This document shows positions 11,801-22,470 of a stretch of DNA of 64,000 bases, piece after piece; the first letter of the stretch is position 1; each line of letters opens with the position of its first letter. The notes beneath the pieces are model-generated. The model was not told where the DNA came from, did not search any database, and was given only the letters and a program-made list of their open reading frames with translations. This stretch comes from Octopus sinensis (lineage: Eukaryota). A program made the position numbers and the translations under genes. Where the stretch lies: NCBI RefSeq assembly GCF_006345805.1, contig NC_043014.1:46996001-47060000 (forward strand), given 5' to 3'.

Positions 11801-14800
11801 ACCATAGAATTGTGGTGAAGTATTGATGCACTGGGGTGAGGTACCATAGAATTATGGTGGGGTACCATACAGTTGTGGTGAGTATTGTAGAGCCTTCTTG
11901 CAGAACCAAGGACACTGTAAAACTGTGACGAGATGCCGAAAGGCTGATGGAGTACCATTGAAATGTGGTGGGATACATCAGCTTCTGTAGAAGTGTGGTG
12001 AGGAACACAATCTCTCATGTAGGAGAATGCATATATATGGAGACATGTAGGATAGTATAGCAACACTAAAAGTATAAGATGAACTAGTTGTGAAATTTGT
12101 AATTATGTTACTTACAATATGTTCTGTTATCATAGTAAACATTATTATTCCAGTGGTTTCCACCAACTAACCTTTATTCTTACTTCCACAGGTGGATCAG
12201 CAACCTAAATTTGAAGCCAGTGTGTATTATTATTTTTATTTTGTATTGTTCATCATTTTTGGCTCCTTTTTTGTGTTGAATCTTGTCATCGGCGTTATTA
12301 TTGATAAATTTAGCTTCCTTAAGAAAAAGGTAAGTAAACTTACAGATTTCTTGAATTTAATTCTTCCTCTTTGTATTATCTAGTTAAATTTATACCCCTA
12401 AGTACTAGAACTTTCGGATCTTTTCGGTTTGAATGGCAGTTTTTAACATAATTTCTAGGTAACTAAAAAATTTTAAACTTCCTATACTGGTAGAATGTGT
12501 TTATAAAACATCTTTTTCTCTTGGCTTTATTGAGAAAATTCTATAGTTTGTAAAATATTTGTGGTTTTTTTTTTTTTCAATTTCTGCAATTTCAACCAAT
12601 CAGTGAAGTCCATTGAGGTAAACAACATTCTGTGCCGTATGAATATGTCCCTCGTTTAAGAAACAGATTGGGTTTATTTACATTTGTGAAGAAAAAAAGA
12701 TACCATCCCCCCCACCCCTAACCCTAACCCTAAAATAGATTGAAATGCAATAGATCATAATTATGGGTGACATAATTATGGGTGACAATTTCATATGGCA
12801 CCGCTAGAAAAAACTGCCGTTCAAACCGAAAAGATCCGAACTTTCATCATATATAGAAAAGTGGCCATTTCAGTAATTCTATAGCTAAAGAATGACATTG
12901 CTAGTAACCAGCTCACACTATAAAGTCTATGTGAGAGATTATTGCAGTTAAAAATAGAGGTTAGTGATTCTTTAAAATAGTTAGTGAACTAGAGTGATCT
13001 GTTGTTAAGTGTTTAACTGATGTGGTAGTCTCATGTAAAATAGAGTAGATAGAGAGACATAGATTCTGAAAAACTAACTGGTTTTTATTACTATCTCTGA
13101 AAAACAAATTTCCTTTTATTTACTACCTCTGTTTTTTTCTACTTGCAGTACGATGGAACATATTTAGACATGTTTCTTACACCAACTCAGCAAAACTACT
13201 ATAATACATTAAAAAAGTTGGGTACCAAAAAACCTCAAAAGACTGTCAGAAAACCAAAGGTAAGTCAAAAAATTGTTTTCTCTTCAGTTTTCCATTTTAG
13301 AGTTGTTCCACTGATTTTGGTCGTTGTGGGTATTTACAGATGAACTATGCACTTTTATGCAGTCTGATAAGGTGTTGACACTCAAATCTTTACCACAAAC
13401 AGAGTAACTCAAACAAGATTTGAATCTAACGATTCAGTTTCAATATATTTTTTTCTTGTCAAACAGTTTTCAGTTGGCCAGTTTATTCATAACATTGTTA
13501 TAGCAGGGAATTTATTACCTTGTTTGATATTTTACTCTTTAACAAATTATCTTTCTAAAGTCAACACCTATAGCAAAGATATGAGCAGGGAAGGAAGTAT
13601 AGAGATATGACATTCTGGTAATGAAAGAAGGGTTGGACACAATATGGGAGTTGAGAAGGGAGACAAATGAGTTAAGAATGCCTATGTGGAGAGATAGCTT
13701 GAACCCAACAAGCCCTAAAGAGATCATTATAGTACAATAAATATGAGTGAGAGAGGGGGTGGCACACCTGTAATCAAGAGGATGGACTATGTCTGTGACT
13801 TTATGCTAATCAGCCAAATGGCTTTTCTCTGGATGCAGTCAAGGATGTCTGTGTCTTCGGTAGTAGTACTATCCCAGGTGTAAGACCAGAACTCCACTGT
13901 GAGCCTCACCTGATCTTTGTAGAGTCTCAATAATTGTTGGGGAATTATAAGGGCAGCAAGCTGGCTGAATCGTTAGCACACCAGGCAAAATGCTTAGCGG
14001 TATTTCGTCTGCCATTACATTCTGAGTTCAAATTCCACCAAGGTCGACTTTGCCTTTCATCCTTTCGGGGTCAATTAAATAAGTACCAGTTACACACTGG
14101 AGTTGATGTAATTGACTTAAACCCTTTGTTTGTCCCCTCTATGTTTAGCCCCCTGTGGGCAATAAAGAAATAAATAATTGTTGGGGAATGAAGTATCTTT
14201 TGGTCCTAAAAATAGGGCCTGTCTTTTGGATGCAGCCCTAAATATGTTAAGACTATACTTTCACCAGGAGAGATCTTCGAGCATAATGAGAGCTAACGTT
14301 TGGAGCAATTGTTAGGGATCTAGTTGAGAGCTGCTCGTGAATAAAGAGGAGAATAATATTTAATATAATAAATTTATTTTACTTAGCAGTATTGATGTGA
14401 AGTTGCTGTCATCTGTTATTTCTCTGAGAGTCGTGAAATATAGCACCAGTAGAATTTGAATTTGACTTATAAGAAACTACTTATAACATCCTTCCAATTT
14501 AATCTGGTTCTGTGCAACTCTCACAGTTTGCTTAGGGTCATAAAGTTAGCCTTATTAAATCAAATTGAATTTATACAACTCCAACATTTATTCAGCTGTA
14601 GTGAAGAGATTATAAGCATGTAATCTAATGCAAGACAGGGCACTAATGGCCTGTGTGTGCTTTGAAATCTGTCTAATAACATAAACAAACAATATCTAAC
14701 TCTTCTGATAGCCTTTCTATTATTTTCCTACACCTTGTCCTGATTTTTCCATGTTTTGTTTCATATTATTTTTTTTTCTTCTTCACACAGAACAAATGCC

Positions 14801-16425
14801 AGGCTGTTGTCTATGACCTTGTAATGAGTAACCAGTTTGAGATCTTTATCACTACTATTATCATTACAAATATGATATTTATGGCATTTGAGCATTATAA
14901 TCAATCAGATGTAGTAACTGAAGTTTTGGCCACAGCTAATATTGCTTTTACCATTTTATATGCGTTTGAAGCAATCATCAAAATTGTAGCATTAAGGATA
15001 CATTATCTTCGTAATCTGTGGAATGTATTTGACTTTCTAGTCGTAAGTTTATCTGTTGTTGGTAAGTACCTTTTTATCTAATGCTTTTCTCCTTTGTACA
15101 TGTGTGTGTGTGTGTGTGTGTGTATGAGGGATGAGGGGAAAGTTCCTAGGTTTAAGTTGTTGAAAACACTCATAAATTGTGAGAGCTGAGTAACTGGGGT
15201 TGATTGTTGTTGCCTTATTGAACAATGATAAATTAATTGTAACACTAACAATGATTACAGGCATTCTAAATACTCTACTACTACTACTACTACTATTGTC
15301 CAATAAATTACAGTTAAATGTCTAGATAACCTTGTATACTCTCTGTTAAACTTTATTCTAATATATTCTATTTTTCTATCTCTTACAGATGCTTTCTTAA
15401 ATGATGTCTTTGGTGCTGGCATGTTCATGAACCCTTCACTACTTAGAGTTGCTAGAATGTTTCGTATTGGTCGTATTATTCGTCTTATTAAATGGGCTAA
15501 AGGAATGCGAAAGCTTTTATTTGCGCTTGTGATATCGTTGCCGGCATTATTCAACATAGGAGCTCTGCTTTTTCTCGTTATGTTTATCTATACAATTATT
15601 GGAATGTCTTCCTTTGGACAAATTAAACTATCAGGTGCACTGAATGACCAAGTCAATTTTCAGACATTTGGAAAGACATTTCTACTTTTAGTTCGCTTAG
15701 CAACCTCAGCAGGCTGGAATGATATCTTGGGGCCGTTACTTATTCAGCCACCAAACTGTGATCCAAATTACACCACAACAAGCACAGGGGAAAAAATCAA
15801 GTTAGTCAATGGAGACTGTGGAATGCCCTGGCTTGCCATTTCATACATGGTGTCCTATATCATTATCGTATTCATGATTGTGTTTAATATGTATATTGCT
15901 GTTATCTTGGAAAACTTTAACCAGGCACATGCCCAAGAGGAAGTAGGAATTACAGAAGATGATTTAGATATGTTTTATGGCGTCTGGGAACAATATGATC
16001 CCTTAGCTACACAATTTATAAAACATGATCAGCTGTCCGATTTCATTCAAGATCTCGATCCCCCATTGAAAGTGAAAAAACCCAATAACGTTGCTATTGC
16101 GACATTTGACCTACCAATAGTTAAAGGAGGCCATATACACTGCCTCGATATTCTGTTGGCCTTAGTCAAATTTGCTCTCGGTGGTAACTTGGAAGAAACT
16201 GAAGCTTTCAAAAGGGTACGTACACAAATGGAGGCTAAATTCGATAAAATTTTCCCCACCAGAGAGAAGTCTGAAATTCGAACTAGTACTCTCCAAATGA
16301 GAAGAGAAGAAATGGCAGCAAGAATCTTACAAAGAGCATGGCGGCGCCGGAAAATCATGCAAAGTTTCCCCTCTCCAGAAATGATTAGGTATTATATTAT
16401 TTCAGCTCCAGAAACAGCGGTATGA
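3094..16425 (+). CDS. Nav2: Voltage-gated Na+/cation channel alpha subunit, Nav2 (DSC1/BSC1-like) family; 3' part of gene (DIII S3 to C-terminus), 7 exons; 5' exons lie outside the window
   Basis: Seven GT-AG exons (3094-3216, 5670-5933, 8940-8993, 12192-12329, 13149-13259, 14791-15061, 15389-16425) splice in frame. They encode DIII S4 ([23 protein letters not shown]), DIII pore ATFEGWME, linker [12 protein letters not shown]4 ([17 protein letters not shown]), DIV pore ATSAGWND and an IQ-like [10 protein letters not shown]. The 123/54/138/271-nt exon sizes match vertebrate SCN genes (established knowledge). Confidence 0.93.
4540..4946 (-). mobile_element. tRNA-derived SINE family A (A box TGGCTGTGTGG, B box GGTTCAGTCCC, central microsatellite, (AAAGAGT)-like tail)
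   Basis: One of 12 homologous copies in the window; intronic, antisense to Nav2. Confidence 0.85.
5184..5596 (+). mobile_element. CR1-like LINE 3' fragment with (ATT)n tail
   Basis: [10 protein letters not shown]...[19 protein letters not shown]...SFK is the CR1-clade ORF2 C-terminal signature; three homologous copies in the window. Confidence 0.8.
5670..5933 (+). CDS. Nav2: Nav2 exon: DIII S5 and extracellular pore loop
   Basis: ttgtttcag|ATC...GTG|gtaagt; 264 nt; [42 protein letters not shown]...[15 protein letters not shown]. Confidence 0.95.
5961..6355 (+). mobile_element. tRNA-derived SINE family B
   Basis: A box TGGCCCAGTGG, B box GTTTCGATTCC, (CCAT)n tail; probable TSD agtttcttttt; homologous to 9489-9874. 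Confidence 0.85.
6487..6707. mobile_element. piggyBac-like MITE
   Basis: TTAA|CCCTTTAG ... CTAAAGGG|TTAA; TTAA TSD with CCC/GGG termini. Confidence 0.7.
8940..8993 (+). CDS. Nav2: Nav2 exon: DIII selectivity filter / P2 helix
   Basis: tcccaacag|GCT...GAA|gtaagt; 54 nt; [18 protein letters not shown]. Confidence 0.95.
9489..9874 (+). mobile_element. SINE family B
   Basis: Colinear with 5961-6355; 12-bp TSD tctcaagcc(a/g)ca at 9477-88 and 9879-90. Confidence 0.85.
9971..10380 (-). mobile_element. SINE family A
   Basis: Full-length copy, intronic. Confidence 0.85.
10766..11142 (+). mobile_element. Non-autonomous Helitron/Helentron-like element (HINE-like)
   Basis: 5' cagagagcacaaacctccaccaaggc, internal (ACAA)n, 3' hairpin tgcctt-cgct-aaggca followed by gaggtaa; recognised by resemblance only. 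Confidence 0.6.
11625..12030. repeat. Degenerate ~21-bp minisatellite in Nav2 intron
   Basis: Recurring gtaccata..gtggtg and actgtag motifs. Confidence 0.45.
12192..12329 (+). CDS. Nav2: Nav2 exon: DIII S6
   Basis: Branch-like ctaac at 12167, ttccacag|GTG...AAG|gtaagt; 138 nt; [46 protein letters not shown]. Confidence 0.95.
12416..12837. mobile_element. MITE with GGATCTTTTC TIRs, 8-bp TSD and internal (CCCTAA)3; Merlin-like (or hAT-like)
   Basis: ~29-bp TIR ggatcttttcggtttgaa(t/c)ggcagttttt; TSD gaactttc at 12408-15 and 12838-45. Confidence 0.85.
13149..13259 (+). CDS. Nav2: Nav2 exon: DIII-DIV linker (inactivation-gate region)
   Basis: acttgcag|TAC...AAG|gtaagt; 111 nt; [37 protein letters not shown]. 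Confidence 0.95.
13946..14172 (+). mobile_element. SINE family D
   Basis: tRNA-like head, gagttcaaattcc B box, aataaagaaata tail; 17-bp TSD aataattgttggggaat (13929-45, 14173-89). Confidence 0.85.
14791..15061 (+). CDS. Nav2: Nav2 exon: DIV S1-S3
   Basis: cttcacacag|AAC...G|gtaagt; 271 nt, ends in phase 1; [19 protein letters not shown]...[14 protein letters not shown]. Confidence 0.95.
15389..16425 (+). CDS. Nav2: Nav2 terminal coding exon: DIV S4-S6, EF-hand-like CTD, IQ-like motif
   Basis: tcttacag|AT GCT TTC continues into ORF 15421-16425; contains [40 protein letters not shown]; ends ...PETAV-TGA. Confidence 0.93.
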
Positions 16426-16759
16426 AGGAAATGTATCAGGGGTGGGAAAGCTAAAAAAAAAAAACCCTATTAAGCAGACATTTCTCACTGACTGTGTTTA
16501 CCTACTCCCTCTACCATGTAAATTTACATGGCAGTACAGCTAAATGATGGTGTTTCATGGCAGAGACACGTCTCTCCTCAATGTTGACATCAATAGCTGA
16601 AGCTGAGGAAATACAAATCTGGCTCCCGTTTGTATTCCATGTTAACACCCTTCCACCATGTTAGGAAGCAATCGGGAAAGAAGGAAGGCAAAGCAAAAAA
16701 TCTTATGATGGATCTTATTATTGTTATTATTGTTGGCCTCGTGCCTATATAACAAATGA

Positions 16760-17070
16760 CTACTACTGTTAATTATTGTTATTGTTATTATTACTATTAT
16801 TATTACAATTATTATTATTATTACAATTATTATTATTATTATTATTATTATTTCTTCCTTCCACTTATTTCTTCCTATCTATGAATACTACCTGGAACCA
16901 TACAAGGAAGATTTAACTAAGAAGTAATAATGGACATTATCCCAATTAATTCAGATTTTAAAACTTATAGAAAAATACATCATTATTATTATTATTATTA
17001 CTCTTACCATTATTATTATTATTATTATTATTATTCTTACCATTATTATTATTATTATTATTATTATTAT
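16760..17070. repeat. (ATT)n/(TAT)n tracts in probable Nav2 3'UTR
   Basis: Two tracts at ~16770-16850 and ~16980-17070. Confidence 0.8.
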
Positions 17071-19442
17071 CAAATATTAATTGTTCTACTAATTTTAATG
17101 ATATTCATTCAACATTGTTAAAAGGGAAAAAATTGTAAGATTTTTCAAATTATTTTCTTTATCATTTAATCTTTCTAAACTTACAAATTCTTCAACTTTT
17201 TCTCTGCTTGTCATTTCTGTATGACAGAGACAAGTGACTTTAAAATGCTACAAAACTACTGCCTTCCATAAGTTTTTTTTTCTCATTACTATCAATCTTT
17301 CACTTTTCCATTTGCTACTAGCATGATAAAATTGCAACTGTCTCCATGCAAGATTTGAAATAATAGTAACTTAAGGAAACTATTATCTAATCTTAACTCA
17401 ATTTCAACATTTCAAAACCACTGGGAAATAACAAGACTCTTTCTTCACACATTACATGTTACCAGGCTGATTTTGTAATATTGAACTTTGTTTTCAGGTA
17501 AGAGGCACCGTCAGGGAGAAAAAAAAAAACTATAAAACAATGGTGAAAAGCAGGAGAGACTGAAACAGGATCTCTTGTCTGTCTTTTCTATCTCTCTCTG
17601 CCACACAAAAACCCACACAACATGACAATGTTTTGGATATTATGCTAGAGTTTATTCTAAATGTTATCAGAATGTCTCAAAATTCTATTTTATTCAAGGC
17701 CAGCATGACTATTTTCTTTCTAATGTTGATCAATTGCAGATCTGCTCATATCCTACCTACATCTCTCTCACTAATACACTTAATCAACACCTCTCTTTTT
17801 CCCTCTCCTTCTCTCTTCCTCTCCTTGTCTCTCTCCCTCTCTCTTTCTCCCCTTCTCTCTCCCTCTCTCTTCTTTCCCTCTCTCTTTCTAACATATGGAC
17901 AACAGCAAATTTGAAACAAAAATAGTCCACAGCAATTTCAGTGGTCCTCAGTTTTGGCCCCAAGAATTGAAGAAGTTTATGCCGAGATGAACAATTGGCT
18001 AAGGAGAGAAGCCACAGGATGTTTCCAGCCAGATTATTACTTCATATGTTGCTCGTAAGCAATGTCTAAATATCTTCGTTATCTTTTCTCTCTCTAATAA
18101 ACAATACAGTAATTTTTTAATATTTATCAAACATATTTTACTAATTATAACCTCTTTTCAATTTACATAAAATAGGAGTGTGTATCACATACACACACAA
18201 TTATTTATTATGGACGCTAGCACTGATATAAGAGAAAGAGTTAAAGCATAACGGTGGCAGCCCGAATCACTACCACCAACTTACCTCAGCAGCTTCAGGG
18301 CTGCAATGTAGCTTACTCTCTGTTAATTTGACAATCTAGAACCTCTTTCTTCACATTATTTATATATAACTACTTCCAAATGTGGAACTAAGCACATTTA
18401 TGAATGCACTAGTCCTGATTAAACTATATTTTATTCTTACAAATAAAACACTTAAATTACCATTGTACCTTCTGCGAGAGAACAAAAACCTCCATCAAAC
18501 AACAGCATCAGACAATAGCTTACTGATTAAATTGATCTCAGGTATTTGCTGATTGCTGACATCAAGCCATAACACTAATTAATAAGATGTATTGTAACTG
18601 AAATAATTACGTTACAGGATTAATTAGTTTATAACAGAGATAGACCCATTCTTTGTGGAAGAGCGGGACCTACCTCTAAAACCATCTCACCCTTTCTACA
18701 ACAATCACTACATGATTTCTGATTAAATCACAACTGAAAGTAAACTGGAAGCAAACCTGGCTAGCTGAAACTCCATTTTATTGTCTATATACACCCTATA
18801 TAGACCCTTTTAAAACAGTGCAAAGGTTGGTGCAAGTACCACCTTGTGGGAAACTTTCCAATTTAACATCTGTTCTTGTTTGACTACTTGTATCATATTA
18901 GAAGCTATGTATAAATGTAAGCACTGTGTTACACACATACATACATGCACACACACACAGACACATACATACACACACACCAGCTGTGTTAGTGTCGCCC
19001 CTTGGTGCTACTGGTCTACACTATCAACCGGAATATAAGTCAACTGTGCACTCTTAATTCAGCCGTCTTCTTTCATGTTATCTTTTCTTTTCACTTCAGC
19101 AGTTTGTCACTTGTCTTAACTCACTTAGATTAATACCTAATCCATACGTATTTGTGATTAGATTAACCCTTCTTTAGCTGATTTGATGCTCCATTAACAG
19201 AACCTACCCCTCTAGCTAATTCACATTATTTACAGCTGCAAGTTACCCAATTTCAAAACTTTTTTCTTCATTCTCTGCAGCAATATTTCCAATGAATTCT
19301 TTGACCTTTTGACATGCTTTTATGTTTGTACAAACATCTCCAGCAGTGTTCTCCTGGAAATACTACCTTTGCAATACTGTTGATATTCTTACATTATTTT
19401 CTGCTGACATTTTATCTCAGCAGCTTTCCCTCCCACACACAC

Positions 19443-19475
<33 letters not shown>

Positions 19476-20226
19476 CGTCTTTCTTTCTTTCTTCCTTTCT
19501 CTCTTTCTCTCTTCACTTCATTCCCTTTCACTTGTATTATCTTAGAGACCACCTCAGCAAAAACAACAATAATAACAATAGTAATAGCACCAACAATGAA
19601 ATATGAAGGAAACTATTTTGTTCCGAGTTCCGGTTATTAGTGTAACCTTTAGCAGAGGTCGTTATCTGTGACACTGACGGTTTGTGCATTATAATGCTGG
19701 TTTTCTTAATATAACATTATTACATCTGCTCAGTCTTCTTGTTTTCATTCTTTCTTTTCAGCTTCTTTTTGAATTATAAAGATTATTATACATCTGGCAT
19801 ATAAGAAATCTTTATTGTCACATATTTGCAACTAACAACTGTTCTGCTGCCTTACTAAACATTGGCAGTTTTTTCAATTCGTTTTTATGTGTGAAAATGA
19901 TAATAATAATTGTGCCAATAACATCTTAATTCATCATTATTTTACATCCATTCTGACATGGGTTGGGCGAGTTATCACTGCTCAAGTCAGTTTTTATTTG
20001 ATCTCAGGTACTTGCTGATTGCTAACATCAAGCCATAACACAAATTAATACAATGTATATTGTCACTAAAATAATTAAGTTACTGGATTAATTAGTTTAT
20101 AACAGAGATAGACCATCTGGACAGGTTCGAGGACCATGTCTTGCTGGTATTTTCTAATTCAGGGCTTGGTGTCTACAATTATATGCCCTACTTAACACTG
20201 ACAACTGCTCACTGCCCAGTGTTGTT

Positions 20227-20760
20227 ATAATAATAATAATAATGAAATTATTGTATACAGTGCTCAGGTGCACCACAACTTGTCAGAAAGTGCATATAAA
20301 GTACATGCAGTAATGTACAAATGTCTGGAAAGCGAACAATGTATGAGTCAGATACATGCTTGTGTGTTTATGGAGGGGAGAAAATCAGGTGTAGTGTTGG
20401 CGAATCTCAGGAAGCATGGAAGTTTTGAAGGATGCAGTGCTCCGACAACTAACAACTGATGCCGGCAGTTTGTTTCATGCTTCAGCAACTCTCAGCGTGA
20501 AAAAATGTTTCCTGAAGTCATGGGAGCTGTGCTGTTTTCTGACTTTGTAAATATGTCCACGGGTGTTAGATAAGTGGAGTTTGAAAAGGTGCTCAGAGTT
20601 ATTGTTTGTACGATGGTTGATAATTTTATGGGTGTCTGCCAAGTCAGCTGCCAGACGTCAGAGTTTCAATGTGTCCATGCCCAGGGAAGTAAGGCGTTCA
20701 GATTATGGCAAATGCCCGATGGAGGGTATTCTTTTGGTTGCACGTCGCTCTGGGCATCAT
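20227..20760 (-). mobile_element. CR1-like LINE 3' fragment
   Basis: Reverse complement of 5184-5596 plus extra upstream ORF2 sequence. Confidence 0.8.
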
Positions 20761-22085
20761 GAAAGTGATTTCAGAAGATGAAGAAAGGGGTGTGAGGGTG
20801 AAGTTGGAAACAGACTGATTGAGGTGACAATATAGAAGCAGAGTGTAATATGAAAGAGTGAGAGATTAATAGAAGCTACATAAGTGATAGATGGTTGTGG
20901 AAATGGTTGGATGTAAAAGAGCGTGATGGACACAAAAGTTGCTAGGTGATAGGTAGCAAGACATAGAGAACTGATGAGAGAATATGGATGATGGTAAGAG
21001 AGAATAAACAGAGGATGTGTTAGATGCAAAGTGGTCTTGTGTAATCCTTCATTACTCAGGCAGCATGATGAGAGAGAGAGATGAGGTAAGAAGGTACAGC
21101 TGGTAGCCAGAGTAAGGAAGTTTTAATATGAATACATCTAAATTATTCCTTCATTATGGGTGATACACTGCACTGAACAAAAGAGTGGGAGGTGACAGAT
21201 TAAAGGGTATCAAAGAGGTAACAAGACCATTAGACGGAGACTCATCATCATTATCATCAATTAATATCTTACATTCCATGATGGCCTCGGTTGGACTGTT
21301 TTGACAAGATCTGACAGGTCATACTCCAATGTCTATTTTGGTTTGGTTTCTACATCCTGATGGTCCTTTCAATTACCAACTACTTTACAGAGCATACTGG
21401 ATATTTTCTTTTGTCATGGTACCAGTACTAGTGAAGTTGTCTTGCAACCTGCAAGACTAAGGAAGCTTAGCAGATCCCCTATAACTGAAGAAGATTTAAA
21501 GAGAGAGAGAAAAAGAGAATGTGATGATTATAAGCAAGGTGATGAGAGGAACAGGTTTATAATTATGAGCAGGTGATAGTAGAGAGAGTAACAGAGTAGT
21601 TACTATAGGGGAAAGGATTAATAAAGGAACAGATGATAGAGAAGGAAATAGGATGAGTGCTTAGTGAGAAAGGATAAGATGGGTAGTTTGGCAGACAAAA
21701 TTAGCAAAAGGCCCAAATGTAGATACATTTTTCCCAGCTTACATCCCTATTCAAATTTTATCCTGCTTCACCTTGCTTGCACAGATAGTTGGGTATGTCA
21801 CTAATTATCGCAGATGTAACATCTTGGGGTCTGTCTGCACAAAAATATGTTTGAAAATTTCCTTCCTTTGAGAGTATATACCACTTCTTCATACAGCAGC
21901 TATCTTTCCTAATCATCATATGTCCAAAGCAGCACAGTCTTCTCTCTTTTGCACACTACATCTGATTACTCTCTCAAATACTCAGACATTACCAGTGAGC
22001 TGTTACACAATCGATTATGCTGCATACATATATAACTGGTATACAGTATAAATATTTATATATATATATATATCTTCTTTTTTTT

Positions 22086-22470
22086 ATCTTTTACTTGTTT
22101 CAGTCATTTGACTGCGGCCATGCTGGAGCACCGCCTTTTAGTCAAGCAAATTGACCCCAGGACTTATTCTTTGTAAGCCTAGTACTTATCCTATCGGTCT
22201 CTTTTGCCAAACCACTAAGTAACGGGGACGTAAGCACACCAGCATCGGTTGTCAAGCGATGCTGGGGAGACAAACACACACACACACATATATATACATA
22301 TATATATATATACGACGGGCTTCTTTCAGTTTCCGTCTACCAAATCCACTCACAAGGCTTTGGTCGGCCCGAGGCTATAGTAGAAGACACTTGCCCAAGG
22401 TGCCACGCAACGGGACTGAACCCGGAACTGTGTGACTGGTAAGCAAGCTACTTACCACACAGCCACTCCT
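22086..22470 (-). mobile_element. SINE family A
   Basis: Near full-length copy. Confidence 0.85.

Noticed and set aside
12716-12733. (CCCTAA)n tracts as telomere or chromosome fusion relics (also 29211, 38627, 38760)
   Set aside because: Only 2-4 units, always at the same place inside one MITE family.
15692-15730. DIV pore W-N-D and DIII W-M-E as TTX-resistance adaptations (blue-ringed octopus idea)
   Set aside because: N after the DIV Trp resembles a known resistance change in Nav1, but WND/WME are ordinary Nav2-family residues; this is not the Nav1 gene, so no adaptation can be inferred.
17942-18058. Possible extra Nav2 exon WSSVLAPRIEEVYAEMNNWLRRE...
   Set aside because: Weak polypyrimidine tract and no recognisable homology.
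20760-21050. Purine-rich stretches (also 13540-13780, 21500-21700, 26280-26520, 26820-27120, 37230-37430) as genes
   Set aside because: Probably very old retroelement debris; no reliable motif, so left unannotated.
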